Shown here in pieces: positions 47,431-58,341 of a DNA stretch of 64,000 bases. How positions within the stretch are numbered: the stretch's first letter is position 1; the number at the start of each line of letters is the position of its first letter. Source of the DNA: Saprolegnia diclina VS20. Its lineage: Eukaryota. The DNA is taken from contig NW_008246088.1 in the NCBI RefSeq assembly GCF_000281045.1, positions 53,496-117,495 on the forward strand. The letters are read 5' to 3'. Below the pieces are notes generated by a model. The model ran no database searches. It saw nothing but the letters and a program-made list of their open reading frames with translations, and was not told the DNA's origin. A program made the position numbers and the translations under genes.

Positions 47431-48015
47431 ATGCCCCCGAAACGGAAATCTACGGCAAGTGCCGATGCGCCGCCGGCCAAGAAAGCCGCAGCCAACCAAG
47501 ACGCAGCTCGCAAAGCCAAGGCCAAGACCGTAAAGGAGCGCATTGTCTACATCGTGTCGGTGGCAACGCAGCTTCTCGGACCGTTGACGATCAAGAAGCG
47601 CCTCCTCGCCGAGTTTGGCTTGACCGAGTCCAAGCCGTTTGCGTCCAACTTCAAGAAGGCTTTGAAAGAGCTCAGCGAAGAAGACCGCGACGACTTTGGC
47701 AAAATTGGAGGCAGCTACCACGGTGGCACGTCGTCACCAGTATACCTGGCCCGCGTAGCCAAGGAAGAGGCCGACGCGGCTCACGCAGCAGAATTCGCGG
47801 CGCACGAAGGTTGCGTCAAGTGTTGCTTCTGCGACCATTGGTGCTCGGATGACTGCTTCATTGACGAAGACTCGGTTGCGCGCGGCGGCGAATACACATG
47901 CTCCAACTGCCACAAGACATTTTGGACGTGGATCTCGGACGGGTACGCGTATGGTCACCCCATCGAATATCGCTACGGCGACGGCAAGGCCGATTATGCG
48001 GACCTGAGCGACTAA
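47431..48015 (+). CDS. Linker-histone H15-like winged helix fused to a Cys4 zinc ribbon
   Basis: K/A/P-rich N-tail with NLS-like PPKRK. TVKERIV..TIKKRLLAEF..SNFKKALKEL..KIGGSY is H1 globular-like. Then CCFC...CSNC. Confidence 0.6.
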   Translation: MPPKRKSTASADAPPAKKAAANQDAARKAKAKTVKERIVYIVSVATQLLGPLTIKKRLLAEFGLTESKPFASNFKKALKELSEEDRDDFGKIGGSYHGGTSSPVYLARVAKEEADAAHAAEFAAHEGCVKCCFCDHWCSDDCFIDEDSVARGGEYTCSNCHKTFWTWISDGYAYGHPIEYRYGDGKADYADLSD

Positions 48016-48744
48016 GATTTTCGACGGAATCACCTTTTGTCTTTATCATCGCAAAATACTGGGACGGTATGGAATCTTGTTTTGGTGTTCGAATCGTCAA
48101 GCGACATGATGGTCGAGTGATGCCTATGATGGTCTACTGTACTTGACACTCGCTAGGTGGCACATCGCAGCTCATCTAACTGCCTTTTTCAATCACACAT
48201 ATGTCCACATCACACAAGAATGTGGACCTTGATGTGGCGCCCGAGTTCTTCAACATCGAGCTTGGAGCTTGGTCGTTCCTTTCCCACCGTGTACTCGGTA
48301 TTCTAGCAGAGGCAAGAGGTAACCAACTGACGTGTTATCTACGGACTGAGCACTGCAAGTGGGGCGAAACGTTGGCGCTTTGTTCAGTCACGGAGTTTGC
48401 CGCGACCGTTTACATGGATTTCATAGCTTGTAGAGACCGCCCTGCTGCAAACCCCTGCACAAAGTCTCTGGCGCGACACGTGCTTTTTGATTTTTTCAAT
48501 GCCACCTCGTCCCACCGCGTCTTATGCAACGCCCTTGACGTGCGCTCGTGTTCGAAATTCCGAGCCACATGCCAGTGCGGGACACGCGATCCGGATAAAG
48601 ATCCAATCAAATTTGAAAAATGGCGCGAGGCGGCGGTTTCACGCCGTGTATCGTCGCAGCCCCGCTTCTGCCACCACGTGGGCGTCGGAACATTCAAAGA
48701 AGATCGGCGCGGCTTGGGTCTTGAGTCATTCATTTTCCAACACA

Positions 48745-49308
48745 ATGCCACAGCATCACGAGCTTTTTGACGCGACGAAGCGTGTGCCCAAGTTCCTTCG
48801 GCATCTCTACCACATTCTCACGGACGAAGACCCGGCCATCATTGCCTGGTCGCTCGACGGCCTCTCGATCAAGCTCTACAACGTCCGGCGCCTCGAAGCC
48901 GAGGTCCTTCCCAAGTACTTTAAACACAACAAGCTCGCTAGCTTCCAGCGTCAGCTCAACTACTTTGGCTTCCGCAAGTGGACCAAGACGCAAGCATGCG
49001 TGTGCACGTTCAGCCACCCGCAATTCACGCGCGACGCCGTAACACCGAGCCGCAGTGATGTAATAAGCGAGAATGACAACCAAGCGGAGCTTCGAAGCCC
49101 CGAGTGGTCCACGAGTATGGGTGACCCGCTGAGCGAGACCGACGACATGGATGCAACTCTGAGTCCTACGGACTGGGACATTTGTCTGCAAGTGCTTTCG
49201 GCGCCGTCCGCCCTCGACTGGATCAGCCCCGTCGAGCTCGACCACGTCATGCTGGCCAGCGACAGCAAGGAGGCTCAGGTCTTGTGGTCCAACAACGTTT
49301 GGCACTAG
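48745..49308 (+). CDS. HSF-type DNA-binding transcription factor
   Basis: PKFLRHLYHIL, IIAWSLDG, VLPKYFKHNKLASFQRQLNYFGFRK and FSHPQF. Confidence 0.92.
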   Translation: MPQHHELFDATKRVPKFLRHLYHILTDEDPAIIAWSLDGLSIKLYNVRRLEAEVLPKYFKHNKLASFQRQLNYFGFRKWTKTQACVCTFSHPQFTRDAVTPSRSDVISENDNQAELRSPEWSTSMGDPLSETDDMDATLSPTDWDICLQVLSAPSALDWISPVELDHVMLASDSKEAQVLWSNNVWH

Positions 49309-50349
49309 AGCTTTGCATGCACCTCCACCCCATTGTACTACGATCCATATTTAATCGAATAAAACGGCAACTTTGAGTCAGCTTGTAATGATTTCAACGC
49401 GAACGCGTTTCGAACCAACCTGTGCTCTCTTGATTAACGGCAACGCCTGCAGCATACATCGCCGCCTTAAACACGAAGTGAACCGGGCTTGCGCTGCTTT
49501 GACACGGACGGGTACGTCCGTAGGTGGTCGTTTTGTGCAACGAGAAGTCGTTGGATCGAGCCGGTCGACCGCATATTTCTGGCTCCGCCTTTGTTGCGTC
49601 CAAAGGCGGCGTGCAATGCTCCGACAATGCACCACTCGCGCATCGGACGGGTGGTCGTGGCGCGCTTGTTTCGATCACTTTTTCCTGGCGACTGCAAGAA
49701 TTCAGCGTCCATCCCCCTCCAACCTTGACGAGCTGATCGGTCCAAGGCATTCACGTCGCGACGCCATGCAGAGGATGCGCTTGATGCCAGGTCACCGGTC
49801 AACGACAACTGCAGTATACACCCCGTAGCAACGGCACACAGCGTTATAGTTGCTGCATCTAGATGAACGGCGATAATGGACGCCACAAGATGTTTGCACT
49901 GAGCACCGAGGGTGGCGTCTACAGGCGAGTTGAAGATGCTCGAGTCCATGCGTGGATCGGCACTGGGCTGAGAATTCAGGCTTCCTGAGACCCAGCTGTC
50001 TTCTCTATCGTTTGGCGGCTTTCGTATGTACACGCCATCAACGGTGCACCGACTGTGCTGCGCTTGCCCTTGCGACGCCTTCGGTCCGTCGGACTCGAGT
50101 CCGTTGGTGCGCCAAGGTTCCCGGCTTTTCCGCGGCTTGCGTAATACAATGCACAATGGTTGTCTCGCTATACAAAGTCGAAAAGAACGTGCGTGAAAAA
50201 ATGCTAAACATTGGCGCATCCGGATACACTCGCCGCCGATTGGCCACGGGCGCGGCAGTCTGAATTGCTCGCTGTTTATCCGGACGACCGGCGCTGCCGA
50301 GTTACACACTGTATTTTCGCCACCGACGAAATCGTAGCGTCCGGCGCCG

Positions 50350-52332
50350 ATGCGGATGCTCAAGACGACCGGCCTCTTCCAGAAGAAGCCGTCGGTGATC
50401 CCGATCATGGAGGATGAGAGCGAGCCATCGCCGCTGCCCATCTATATGGACATGCAGACTGCGCGCCACATTGGCGGCAACCGCGCGCAGCCGGGGCGGT
50501 CCGTGGCCACGGACGACGACGACGACGCGTCGAGCCACCACCCGCTCGACAACATCTTTGACACGCTGCAGCTGCAGACGATGGTCGGTCGCGACCGGCG
50601 GCGGCGTATGCCGAAGGAGATGCGTCTTGTCTTTGAAGCCGAACAAGACATGCTGCGGAGCCCCGCGGCGCAACAGCAGTCGGGCGTCGTCGTGCAGCCC
50701 GAAAACCTCTGGCAGACGTACGACACGGTCAGTCGGATACACTTTGAGCGCGACGGCGGCGCGCTGCGGTCCCACGACGGCGACCCAATCAAGCTCGTGT
50801 CGAAAGCGTGTTTTGGCTTGTACGCGAGTCTCGTGGCCGTCGGCTTCCTCTATGGCGCACTACCCTCCTTGTACCTTGCCTCGCCCTCTCATTCTGACTA
50901 CTCGCAGCTGCCCGTGCTCTCGCTCATGACGCCCTTGTACCCGATCTTTAATGCGTCTGTCGCCATGACGCTCTTTCCAGCATCGCTGCGCGTAGTAATT
51001 GGCCTCGCGTCCGACTGCTACCCGTTCTTGAGCTACCGCCGCAAATCGTACATGGTCGCTGGCTGGACCATTGCAGCGCTCGGGCTCCTTATCGCGGGGC
51101 TTCTAGCCATGGCGAGTGCCAACCTCGTGCCACCGCTCGTCGTGGCCACGATCGGCGTCACGGTCGCTGACGTCGCTGGCGACGCCCGCCTCGTCGAGTT
51201 TGCGCAGCGTGAGCGACTCTCCAAACGTGGCAACCTCCAAGCGCTCGCGACCGGCATCAAATTTGCGCTCACGGCCGCTGGGCAATTCTACGTGGCCATC
51301 TTTCGCTATTGCCAGTCGGCGCCGTGGACGGTCGAGAGCACGGGGTACCAAGCGCTGCTGTTTACGCTGGCGCTCACCGCACTCGCGCCCATTCCGTTTG
51401 TGTGGACGCGGCTCGTCGAAGAGCCGGCGCCGCCGTCACTGCCATGGGCATCACGCGCCAACGACCTCTTTGGCCTCCTCAAGAAGAAGTCGATCGTGCA
51501 CATTTTGTGGTTTGAGCTCGCGTTCTCGCTCTTGAGCCACATTGGGTCGGGCTCTGGGTCGTTCTGGAAGCGGCACGACCTCGATCTGGCGTTCGAGACG
51601 CAGTTTCTCATGCAAAATACGTCGGCCATGTCGGACGAACCCGCGTTCACAAAGTCGCTGGTGTTTACGCAAGGCCTCATGGTGTCGGGCGGCCTCCTCT
51701 GCTTTGCACTGCCGATGCTGCTCTGCCGGTCCCCACTCGCGACGTGGAATTGGCGCGTCGCGTTCTTCTACTGCACACTGCTCACGTCCATGCTCTGCGC
51801 GGTCCAAGCATCGTTCTTGGCCTACGACACGAGCCGCGGACCGGTCGTGTGGTATCTGCTCCCGCTCCTCGTGCAGTTTCCCATGGGCATCCGGTACATG
51901 CTCAGTCTCTTCCCGATCGTCGAAGTGACCGAGCCAATGTACGAAGCCACGATCGGGAGCCTCCTCGTCACGGCGCAGCTCGCGCCGATCCCGCTCGCCA
52001 CAATGCTTTTTAGCCTCTTGGAGACCCCTTACGTGGCACGCTTGGCGCCGACGCTCAATTTTACAACCGACGCAACGCAGTCGGCGTACGGCGAACTCGC
52101 GAGCTTGAACGCGCTCTGGGGCTTTGCCGCGGTTCTCAGTCTCTGCTGGCTGCCCAATCAAAAAGTGAGTGCGCAGGTCATTCGCAAGTTTGGTGGCACG
52201 CGCCGGCGGTGGGGACAAACGTCGCTTCTTCTCGGCGGCGTCTCGGTTGCGTTTGTGTTTGTTGTAGCGCTGCTGAGTCTGATACCGGGTCTCGGCTGCA
52301 CACCCGCACTTGGGGACAAGTGCCCACTCTAG
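50350..52332 (+). CDS. BT1/folate-biopterin transporter family (MFS)
   Basis: GLASDCYPFLSYRRKSYMVAGW, ADVAGDARLVEFAQRE..RGNLQ, VEVTEPMYEATIGSLL and WLPNQK, with multiple TM segments. Confidence 0.85.
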   Translation: MRMLKTTGLFQKKPSVIPIMEDESEPSPLPIYMDMQTARHIGGNRAQPGRSVATDDDDDASSHHPLDNIFDTLQLQTMVGRDRRRRMPKEMRLVFEAEQDMLRSPAAQQQSGVVVQPENLWQTYDTVSRIHFERDGGALRSHDGDPIKLVSKACFGLYASLVAVGFLYGALPSLYLASPSHSDYSQLPVLSLMTPLYPIFNASVAMTLFPASLRVVIGLASDCYPFLSYRRKSYMVAGWTIAALGLLIAGLLAMASANLVPPLVVATIGVTVADVAGDARLVEFAQRERLSKRGNLQALATGIKFALTAAGQFYVAIFRYCQSAPWTVESTGYQALLFTLALTALAPIPFVWTRLVEEPAPPSLPWASRANDLFGLLKKKSIVHILWFELAFSLLSHIGSGSGSFWKRHDLDLAFETQFLMQNTSAMSDEPAFTKSLVFTQGLMVSGGLLCFALPMLLCRSPLATWNWRVAFFYCTLLTSMLCAVQASFLAYDTSRGPVVWYLLPLLVQFPMGIRYMLSLFPIVEVTEPMYEATIGSLLVTAQLAPIPLATMLFSLLETPYVARLAPTLNFTTDATQSAYGELASLNALWGFAAVLSLCWLPNQKVSAQVIRKFGGTRRRWGQTSLLLGGVSVAFVFVVALLSLIPGLGCTPALGDKCPL

Positions 52333-52465
52333 GACCGTTGCGATCGGGGTCGTTTAATTTTTAATGAATAGTTGCTAGCTCGTGATTTCATCTGCTTTTT
52401 TATCCTTGTTTTGGAGCCAAGACTTCAAGACATGAAAATAATATGTTGCATGCAGCACAAAATGC

Positions 52466-54342
52466 CTACTGCTTGGCCCGCACGATGTTGCGCGCGCGGC
52501 GTTCCTTCTCGAGCTTCTCCTGGAGGCTCAGTTCCTTCTTGAAAACTTTGAAGATCGCGTCCGCATCAACGTGGTTGTTGTTGCAGATTTGGATCCAGCG
52601 CGGGAGACCGAACCGACTCACTGTCCTGCCGTCGATCGCAGAGCCAATGTTGGTTGCGTACTTGGCAAACATCCCGCGCTTGATGCCTTTGAACCACGCT
52701 AGTACCTCGTCGTGACTCCAGTCCTTGAGCGCCGCCTACACACAACCCTAGCCCTACCCTAACCGCGTCGCCACGTACCTTGACCGGCGCCTCGGCGGGT
52801 GCAGGCGTGACATCGACGCGGTCTCGCTTGAGCTCGGGGTTTTCCGCCAGCATAAGGCTGGCATACTGCAGCGTATGCAGCGTGTGCTCCGTGTCTAGGC
52901 GAAGAGCATGTGCTTCAGATTTGTGGTGTTCGTTCAGCTAACCGGTTGCGATCGGCGAGATGGTTGCAATGACCGCCGCCCGCGCGTCCTTGGACCAGAG
53001 CGACTCTTTGAGAAGCCGCGTGAGCGTCGACGCGCGGTAGGGCACGTAGCCAGTGACGTCTTCGGCGCCCAGCGCCCGTACGCACTGCTTAAGCGCCATG
53101 TGGCTCGAGTTGATCTCGATGGTTTCCTTGCGCCGGTCGGCCGAGTGCGCAAACGAGTCTTCGTTGCGCTCACTAGTCACAGATCTGAGGCGCGAGCCAA
53201 AACTGCGACGCGATCACCTCCCAGCGAGGTCGAGGAGCACGAGCTGCCCACCACGGACGTCGCCCGACGCACTCCGCAGCGTCAAGAAGCACAAAAAGTG
53301 CGATCGCGACGAGACGCTGTTGACGGCCGTCTACGATTCCAGGCATGAGCAGGCGACCTCCGACTGCAGCAGCGGAACCTTCTCGGTCGCGCGCTGGGCG
53401 AGGGCACGCTCGACGGTCGCCAAGAGGTCGGCGGCCGACGTCGCTACATGCTCGCCAATGTTGAGGAGCTTGCTGCTGCCGCCTTCGTCGTCACACACGA
53501 GGACCCGCTGCCGCTTCTTGAGCAAATCTACATGGTCGAAGCCACACGATCACGACACGACGTCACGCCATGATGCGTACCGTAACACTTGGCGCCAGCG
53601 ATTTCTATCGCCGAGATCACCACGTTCCACGGGGCCTGCGGCGTCGCAAAGAGCAGGTCGGCAATGTGCTACGCCACTTGAGCTCTGCAACAGGATAATC
53701 GTCTTAACCGTCATACCTCTTGAAACCCCGTCATGGTATGCGTCTTGCCTGACCCTGTCTGGCCGTACCTAGTTGCCGTCGTGGACGAGATCACGCGTCC
53801 CATGAGGTGTACATCATGATGACAGCTTTGCCGCCGCCCATGGCATGGTCCACGAGCGGCGCGCCGACTCGGTCAAACACGTCGTCGGTTGATGTCTTTT
53901 CCGAAAAGACGTGGGAAAACGTGTGCGTGTGGCTCTCGATAAACTTGCGCTTCATGTCTGCGCACAATATATGGTCAATAATGTCAAGATTACGTGGACG
54001 CAGGACGCACCCGCGTACATTTGGCAGTCGTGGACGACGAGGCGGTGGTCGTCCAAGCACGTGACGACGTCGTACTCCTTCTTCTTGGGCTCGTGCTCCA
54101 AGATGGGCCGCTTCCGGACGTAGACTTGGATGCCATCCGGGACGTTCGAAGCGTCGTCCTCGTGTTGGTTGGAGCCCTTGAGGAGACCCACGCGCAGACG
54201 ATGGATCATGCTGCGAAAGTCGACGCCATGGACTTTGCGCGCCGTGCTAGTGCTATCCGATGAACCCGACTTCACGGCGATCACGGTCGTACCGCTTGTC
54301 CATCATCTCGCCCTTCTCGCGCCATTGCTTCTCCGGGACCAT
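52466..54342 (-). CDS. Kinesin-13-like motor with a C-terminal SAM-like domain (multi-exon)
   Basis: IQVYVRKRP, MY|GQTGSGKTHTM, SSRSH, LLDLAG|SER, EINSSHMALKQCVRAL and VPYRASTLTRLLKESL. The tail reads DWSHDEVLAWF..IDGRTV. Confidence 0.85.
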
Positions 54343-54478
54343 GGCCGCTCCAAGGCCACTCGCCGTCGATATTTATACTACCCCGTGGGTTACGTGCGTT
54401 GCAGATGTGCAAATTTGGGGACGAAAAGAATGCAATTTTTCGTGTTGGGGTGGTTAAAGGGCGTGATGCTCGATCGCC

Positions 54479-54829
54479 TTAGCCGATCCAGACTCTGGTG
54501 ATGACCTTGTTCTCGTCCAGCTTGATGTTGAGGCGGCCAAACACGAGGTCTTCCGTGAAGCCGCGGTTGCGCACAATCTAAGATGATGATAGAAACCCAA
54601 ACAAGATGGGATTTAGAGATTGTCGTACGCGCAATGGTTCATACGTGATGTCGGACTCGAGGATGGCGCCGGCGTCGCCAGCAGCTTCGTCCGCGGTCGT
54701 GTAGAGGTGCTTGCCGATCCAGGCTTCCGCGTTGGCGAGGGCCGCTTGGGCCGCCGAGTCGTCAAAGGCGCTCATCGCTGTCGCTTGCAGAGCCAGTGCC
54801 ACGGTGGCGAAGAGGGCAAACACGCGCAT
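54479..54829 (-). CDS. Secreted peptidase inhibitor, potato inhibitor I (I13)/I78-like (2 exons)
   Basis: Signal peptide MRVFALFATVALALQATA. Intron 54578-54628 joins ...WIGK...PLR|IVRNRGFTEDLVFGRLNIKLDENKVITRVWIG*. Confidence 0.7.
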
Positions 54830-55071
54830 GAGCAGAAATGGCCTGTCCCAAGCGCCTCTTCTGCACAATACATATCGAATCTTGGAGGTTTCCACGTGGC
54901 ACGTCGAGAACCAGATCGTCGTGCATGCGCCAAGCGTTATGATGGGTGCGAAGCGAAGGGGCCGATGATGATTCCCACAGAGAGCGGTCGATGGCTCTGT
55001 GGCCGTCTCATGCTCGTGTTCTAGCGAGCTCTGGGGCTCATCTCCCTGGTGGCGCTCTTGCACAAGGCGTC

Positions 55072-55936
55072 NNNNNNNNNNNNNNNNNNNNNNNNNNNNN
55101 NNNNNNNNNNNNNNNNNNNNNNNNNNNNNNNNNNNNNNNNNNNNNNNNNNNNNNNNNNNNNNNNNNNNNNNNNNNNNNNNNNNNNNNNNNNNNNNNNNNN
55201 NNNNNNNNNNNNNNNNNNNNNNNNNNNNNNNNNNNNNNNNNNNNNNNNNNNNNNNNNNNNNNNNNNNNNNNNNNNNNNNNNNNNNNNNNNNNNNNNNNNN
55301 NNNNNNNNNNNNNNNNNNNNNNNNNNNNNNNNNNNNNNNNNNNNNNNNNNNNNNNNNNNNNNNNNNNNNNNNNNNNNNNNNNNNNNNNNNNNNNNNNNNN
55401 NNNNNNNNNNNNNNNNNNNNNNNNNNNNNNNNNNNNNNNNNNNNNNNNNNNNNNNNNNNNNNNNNNNNNNNNNNNNNNNNNNNNNNNNNNNNNNNNNNNN
55501 NNNNNNNNNNNNNNNNNNNNNNNNNNNNNNNNNNNNNNNNNNNNNNNNNNNNNNNNNNNNNNNNNNNNNNNNNNNNNNNNNNNNNNNNNNNNNNNNNNNN
55601 NNNNNNNNNNNNNNNNNNNNNNNNNNNNNNNNNNNNNNNNNNNNNNNNNNNNNNNNNNNNNNNNNNNNNNNNNNNNNNNNNNNNNNNNNNNNNNNNNNNN
55701 NNNNNNNNNNNNNNNNNNNNNNNNNNNNNNNNNNNNNNNNNNNNNNNNNNNNNNNNNNNNNNNNNNNNNNNNNNNNNNNNNNNNNNNNNNNNNNNNNNNN
55801 NNNNNNNNNNNNNNNNNNNNNNNNNNNNNNNNNNNNNNNNNNNNNNNNNNNNNNNNNNNNNNNNNNNNNNNNNNNNNNNNNNNNNNNNNNNNNNNNNNNN
55901 NNNNNNNNNNNNNNNNNNNNNNNNNNNNNNNNNNNN
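55072..55936. other. Assembly gap (N run)
   Basis: Run of N. Confidence 1.
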
Positions 55937-56602
55937 AAGCTGATTGAGAGCGATGGTGGTCGCAGAGGCGTGCTGCTCGATGTCATTGCACTGCGCTTGC
56001 AGCTGCTGGACTTGGTCGTTCTTGGATGCGTCCGAGGCTGCCACAGCGGTCTCGAGCAGCTTCTCGAGGGTCTTGACAGTCGTCGTGAGCTCTGCGATCT
56101 GGTCGTCTTTGGCAGCCACGAGAAGGTCGTGGTCCAGTTGCTGCTTCTTGAGGTCTGCGCCGAGGCGCCCGACCTCCGCCTCCTGGACGACCGCGTCGAT
56201 CTTGAGATGGCAGATGGTGTCAAAGTGCTGCATGGAGCTGGTTTCGTAAAACTTGCGCTCGGTCGTCGCCGTCGCGAGACTCGTCTCGAGCTCGAGGATA
56301 CGAGTTTGGCGGGCGTTGGACTCGGTGGTCACGGCGGCCAGTTGGGCTTCCAGCGCAGCGATGCGCGATGCTTGCGCCGTGGCGATGGTGGTGGTAGGCA
56401 ATGGGACTGGACGCGTCTCGGTGGTCGGTCGCGCGCGTGCAGGCGTGCGAGGTGCTGGTGCGGCTACTTGGACGGGACGGGCTACCGTGGTCTGCCGGAC
56501 GCGGGGGCGCGGCGGCACCGTGGTGCGCGTCACGGGAGTCAATGTGGCCTTGGAGGCGACGTTGGAGGAGCTGTTCCAGCGGGGCTTGGTCATCGTTGTC
56601 AT
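55937..56602 (-). CDS. Coiled-coil protein, copy 1 (3' end in gap)
   Basis: MTTMTKPRWNSSSNVASK..., a Pro/Thr-rich N-terminus followed by heptad repeats. Confidence 0.6.
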
Positions 56603-56674
56603 GGTTGTTGTCGGTGTCTGCAAATCGGAGAATGAGCTCGAGATGCCATGCTTTTTCGACTTGTAAAGGCCCAA

Positions 56675-56790
56675 GAAGTCGCCTTTGTCAGCGTAGAATC
56701 GATTGAGCTTGCTCCCAATTAGCCTTTACGAGCATGAAGTCGCCTTTGTCAGCGTAGAATCGAATGAACTTGCTCCCTATTTGCCTTTAC
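56675..56790 (+). repeat. Imperfect 55-bp direct repeat (period 61) in the palindrome spacer
   Basis: GAAGTCGCCTTTGTCAGCGTAGAATCGA.TGA.CTTGCTCCC..TT.GCCTTTAC at 56675-56729 and 56736-56790. Confidence 0.9.
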
Positions 56791-56815
56791 AAGTCGAAAA
56801 AGCATGGCATCTCGA

Positions 56816-56831
56816 GCTCATTCTCCGATTT
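56816..56831 (+). promoter_or_regulatory. Oomycete Inr/FPR core promoter (mirror copy at 56622-56637, minus strand)
   Basis: GCTCATTCTCCGATTT is a perfect match to GCTCATTYBNNNWTTY, ending 19 nt before the ATG at 56851. Confidence 0.7.
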
Positions 56832-56850
56832 GCAGACACCGACAACAACC

Positions 56851-57516
56851 ATGACAACGATGACCAAGCCCCGCTGGAACAGCTCCTCCAACGTCGCCTC
56901 CAAGGCCACATTGACTCCCGTGACGCGCACCACGGTGCCGCCGCGCCCCCGCGCCCGGCAGACCACACCAGCCCGTCCCGTCCAAGCAGCCGCACCAGCA
57001 CCTCGCACGCCTGCACGCGCGCGACCGACCACCGAGACGCGTCCAGTCCCATTGCCTACCACCACCATCGCCACGGCGCAAGCATCGCGCATCGCTGCGC
57101 TGGAAGCCCAACTGGCCGCCGTGACCACCGAGTCCAACGCCCGCCAAACTCGTATCCTCGAGCTCGAGACGAGTCTCGCGACGGCGACGACCGAGCGCAA
57201 GTTTTACGAAACCAGCTCCATGCAGCACTTTGACACGATCTGCCATCTCAAGATCGACGCGGTCGTCCAGGAGGCCGAGGTCGGGCACCTCGGCGCAGAC
57301 CTCAAGAAGCAGCAACTGGACCACGACCTTCTCGTGGCTGCCAAAGACGACCAGATCGCAGAGCTCACGACGACTGTCAAGACCCTCGAGAAGCTGCTCG
57401 AGACCGCTGCGGCAGCCTCGGACGCATCCAAGAACGACCAAGTCCAGCAGCTGCAAGCGCAGTGCAATGACATCGAGCAGCACGCCTCTGCGACCACCAT
57501 CGCTCTCAATCAGCTT
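56851..57516 (+). CDS. Coiled-coil protein, copy 2 (3' end in gap)
   Basis: Near-identical to the minus-strand copy, with a few amino-acid differences (e.g. GHLGAD versus GRLGAD). Confidence 0.6.
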
Positions 57517-58090
57517 NNNNNNNNNNNNNNNNNNNNNNNNNNNNNNNNNNNNNNNNNNNNNNNNNNNNNNNNNNNNNNNNNNNNNNNNNNNNNNNNNNNN
57601 NNNNNNNNNNNNNNNNNNNNNNNNNNNNNNNNNNNNNNNNNNNNNNNNNNNNNNNNNNNNNNNNNNNNNNNNNNNNNNNNNNNNNNNNNNNNNNNNNNNN
57701 NNNNNNNNNNNNNNNNNNNNNNNNNNNNNNNNNNNNNNNNNNNNNNNNNNNNNNNNNNNNNNNNNNNNNNNNNNNNNNNNNNNNNNNNNNNNNNNNNNNN
57801 NNNNNNNNNNNNNNNNNNNNNNNNNNNNNNNNNNNNNNNNNNNNNNNNNNNNNNNNNNNNNNNNNNNNNNNNNNNNNNNNNNNNNNNNNNNNNNNNNNNN
57901 NNNNNNNNNNNNNNNNNNNNNNNNNNNNNNNNNNNNNNNNNNNNNNNNNNNNNNNNNNNNNNNNNNNNNNNNNNNNNNNNNNNNNNNNNNNNNNNNNNNN
58001 NNNNNNNNNNNNNNNNNNNNNNNNNNNNNNNNNNNNNNNNNNNNNNNNNNNNNNNNNNNNNNNNNNNNNNNNNNNNNNNNNNNNNNNNNN
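57517..58090. other. Assembly gap (N run)
   Basis: Run of N. Confidence 1.
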
Positions 58091-58341
58091 TCGCAGCTGC
58101 ACAACGAAAGAGCTACTGTATATGTAGTCGAAAACACCTCGTAGGATAGCTCTAGACGAAGAGTGCGGCTCGGTGGACAGGCTTGTCGGTGCAGTGTAAG
58201 TCTGTGCAAGAGCTGCTTCGAATTCCTACTCGAACGGTCGACGATTCTCAAAATGCAGGATTTCGCGTTTCGAGTTTTTCCGTGGTTTGAAACCAACGGC
58301 GAAACCCGAATCTTGGGCCAAGGGTCGACCCACGCTCCGTC

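Larger units (their letters stand above)
55937..57516. repeat. Inverted repeat with 734-bp arms (55937-56670 and 56783-57516) and a 112-bp spacer
   Basis: The arms are reverse complements apart from a few substitutions. Both end at the same base next to N gaps. Confidence 0.95.

Noticed and set aside
49467..50441. 324-aa minus-strand ORF
   Set aside because: It has a non-ATG start, non-coding-like composition and no motifs, and it overlaps the BT1 promoter and start.
52745..52765. Telomere-like AACCCTAGCCCTACCCTAACC
   Set aside because: Only about three degenerate units inside a kinesin intron, too short to call an interstitial telomere.
56675..56790. CRISPR-like repeat-spacer interpretation of the spacer repeats (also 10396-10646)
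   Set aside because: Only two long copies, a eukaryotic context and no cas genes.
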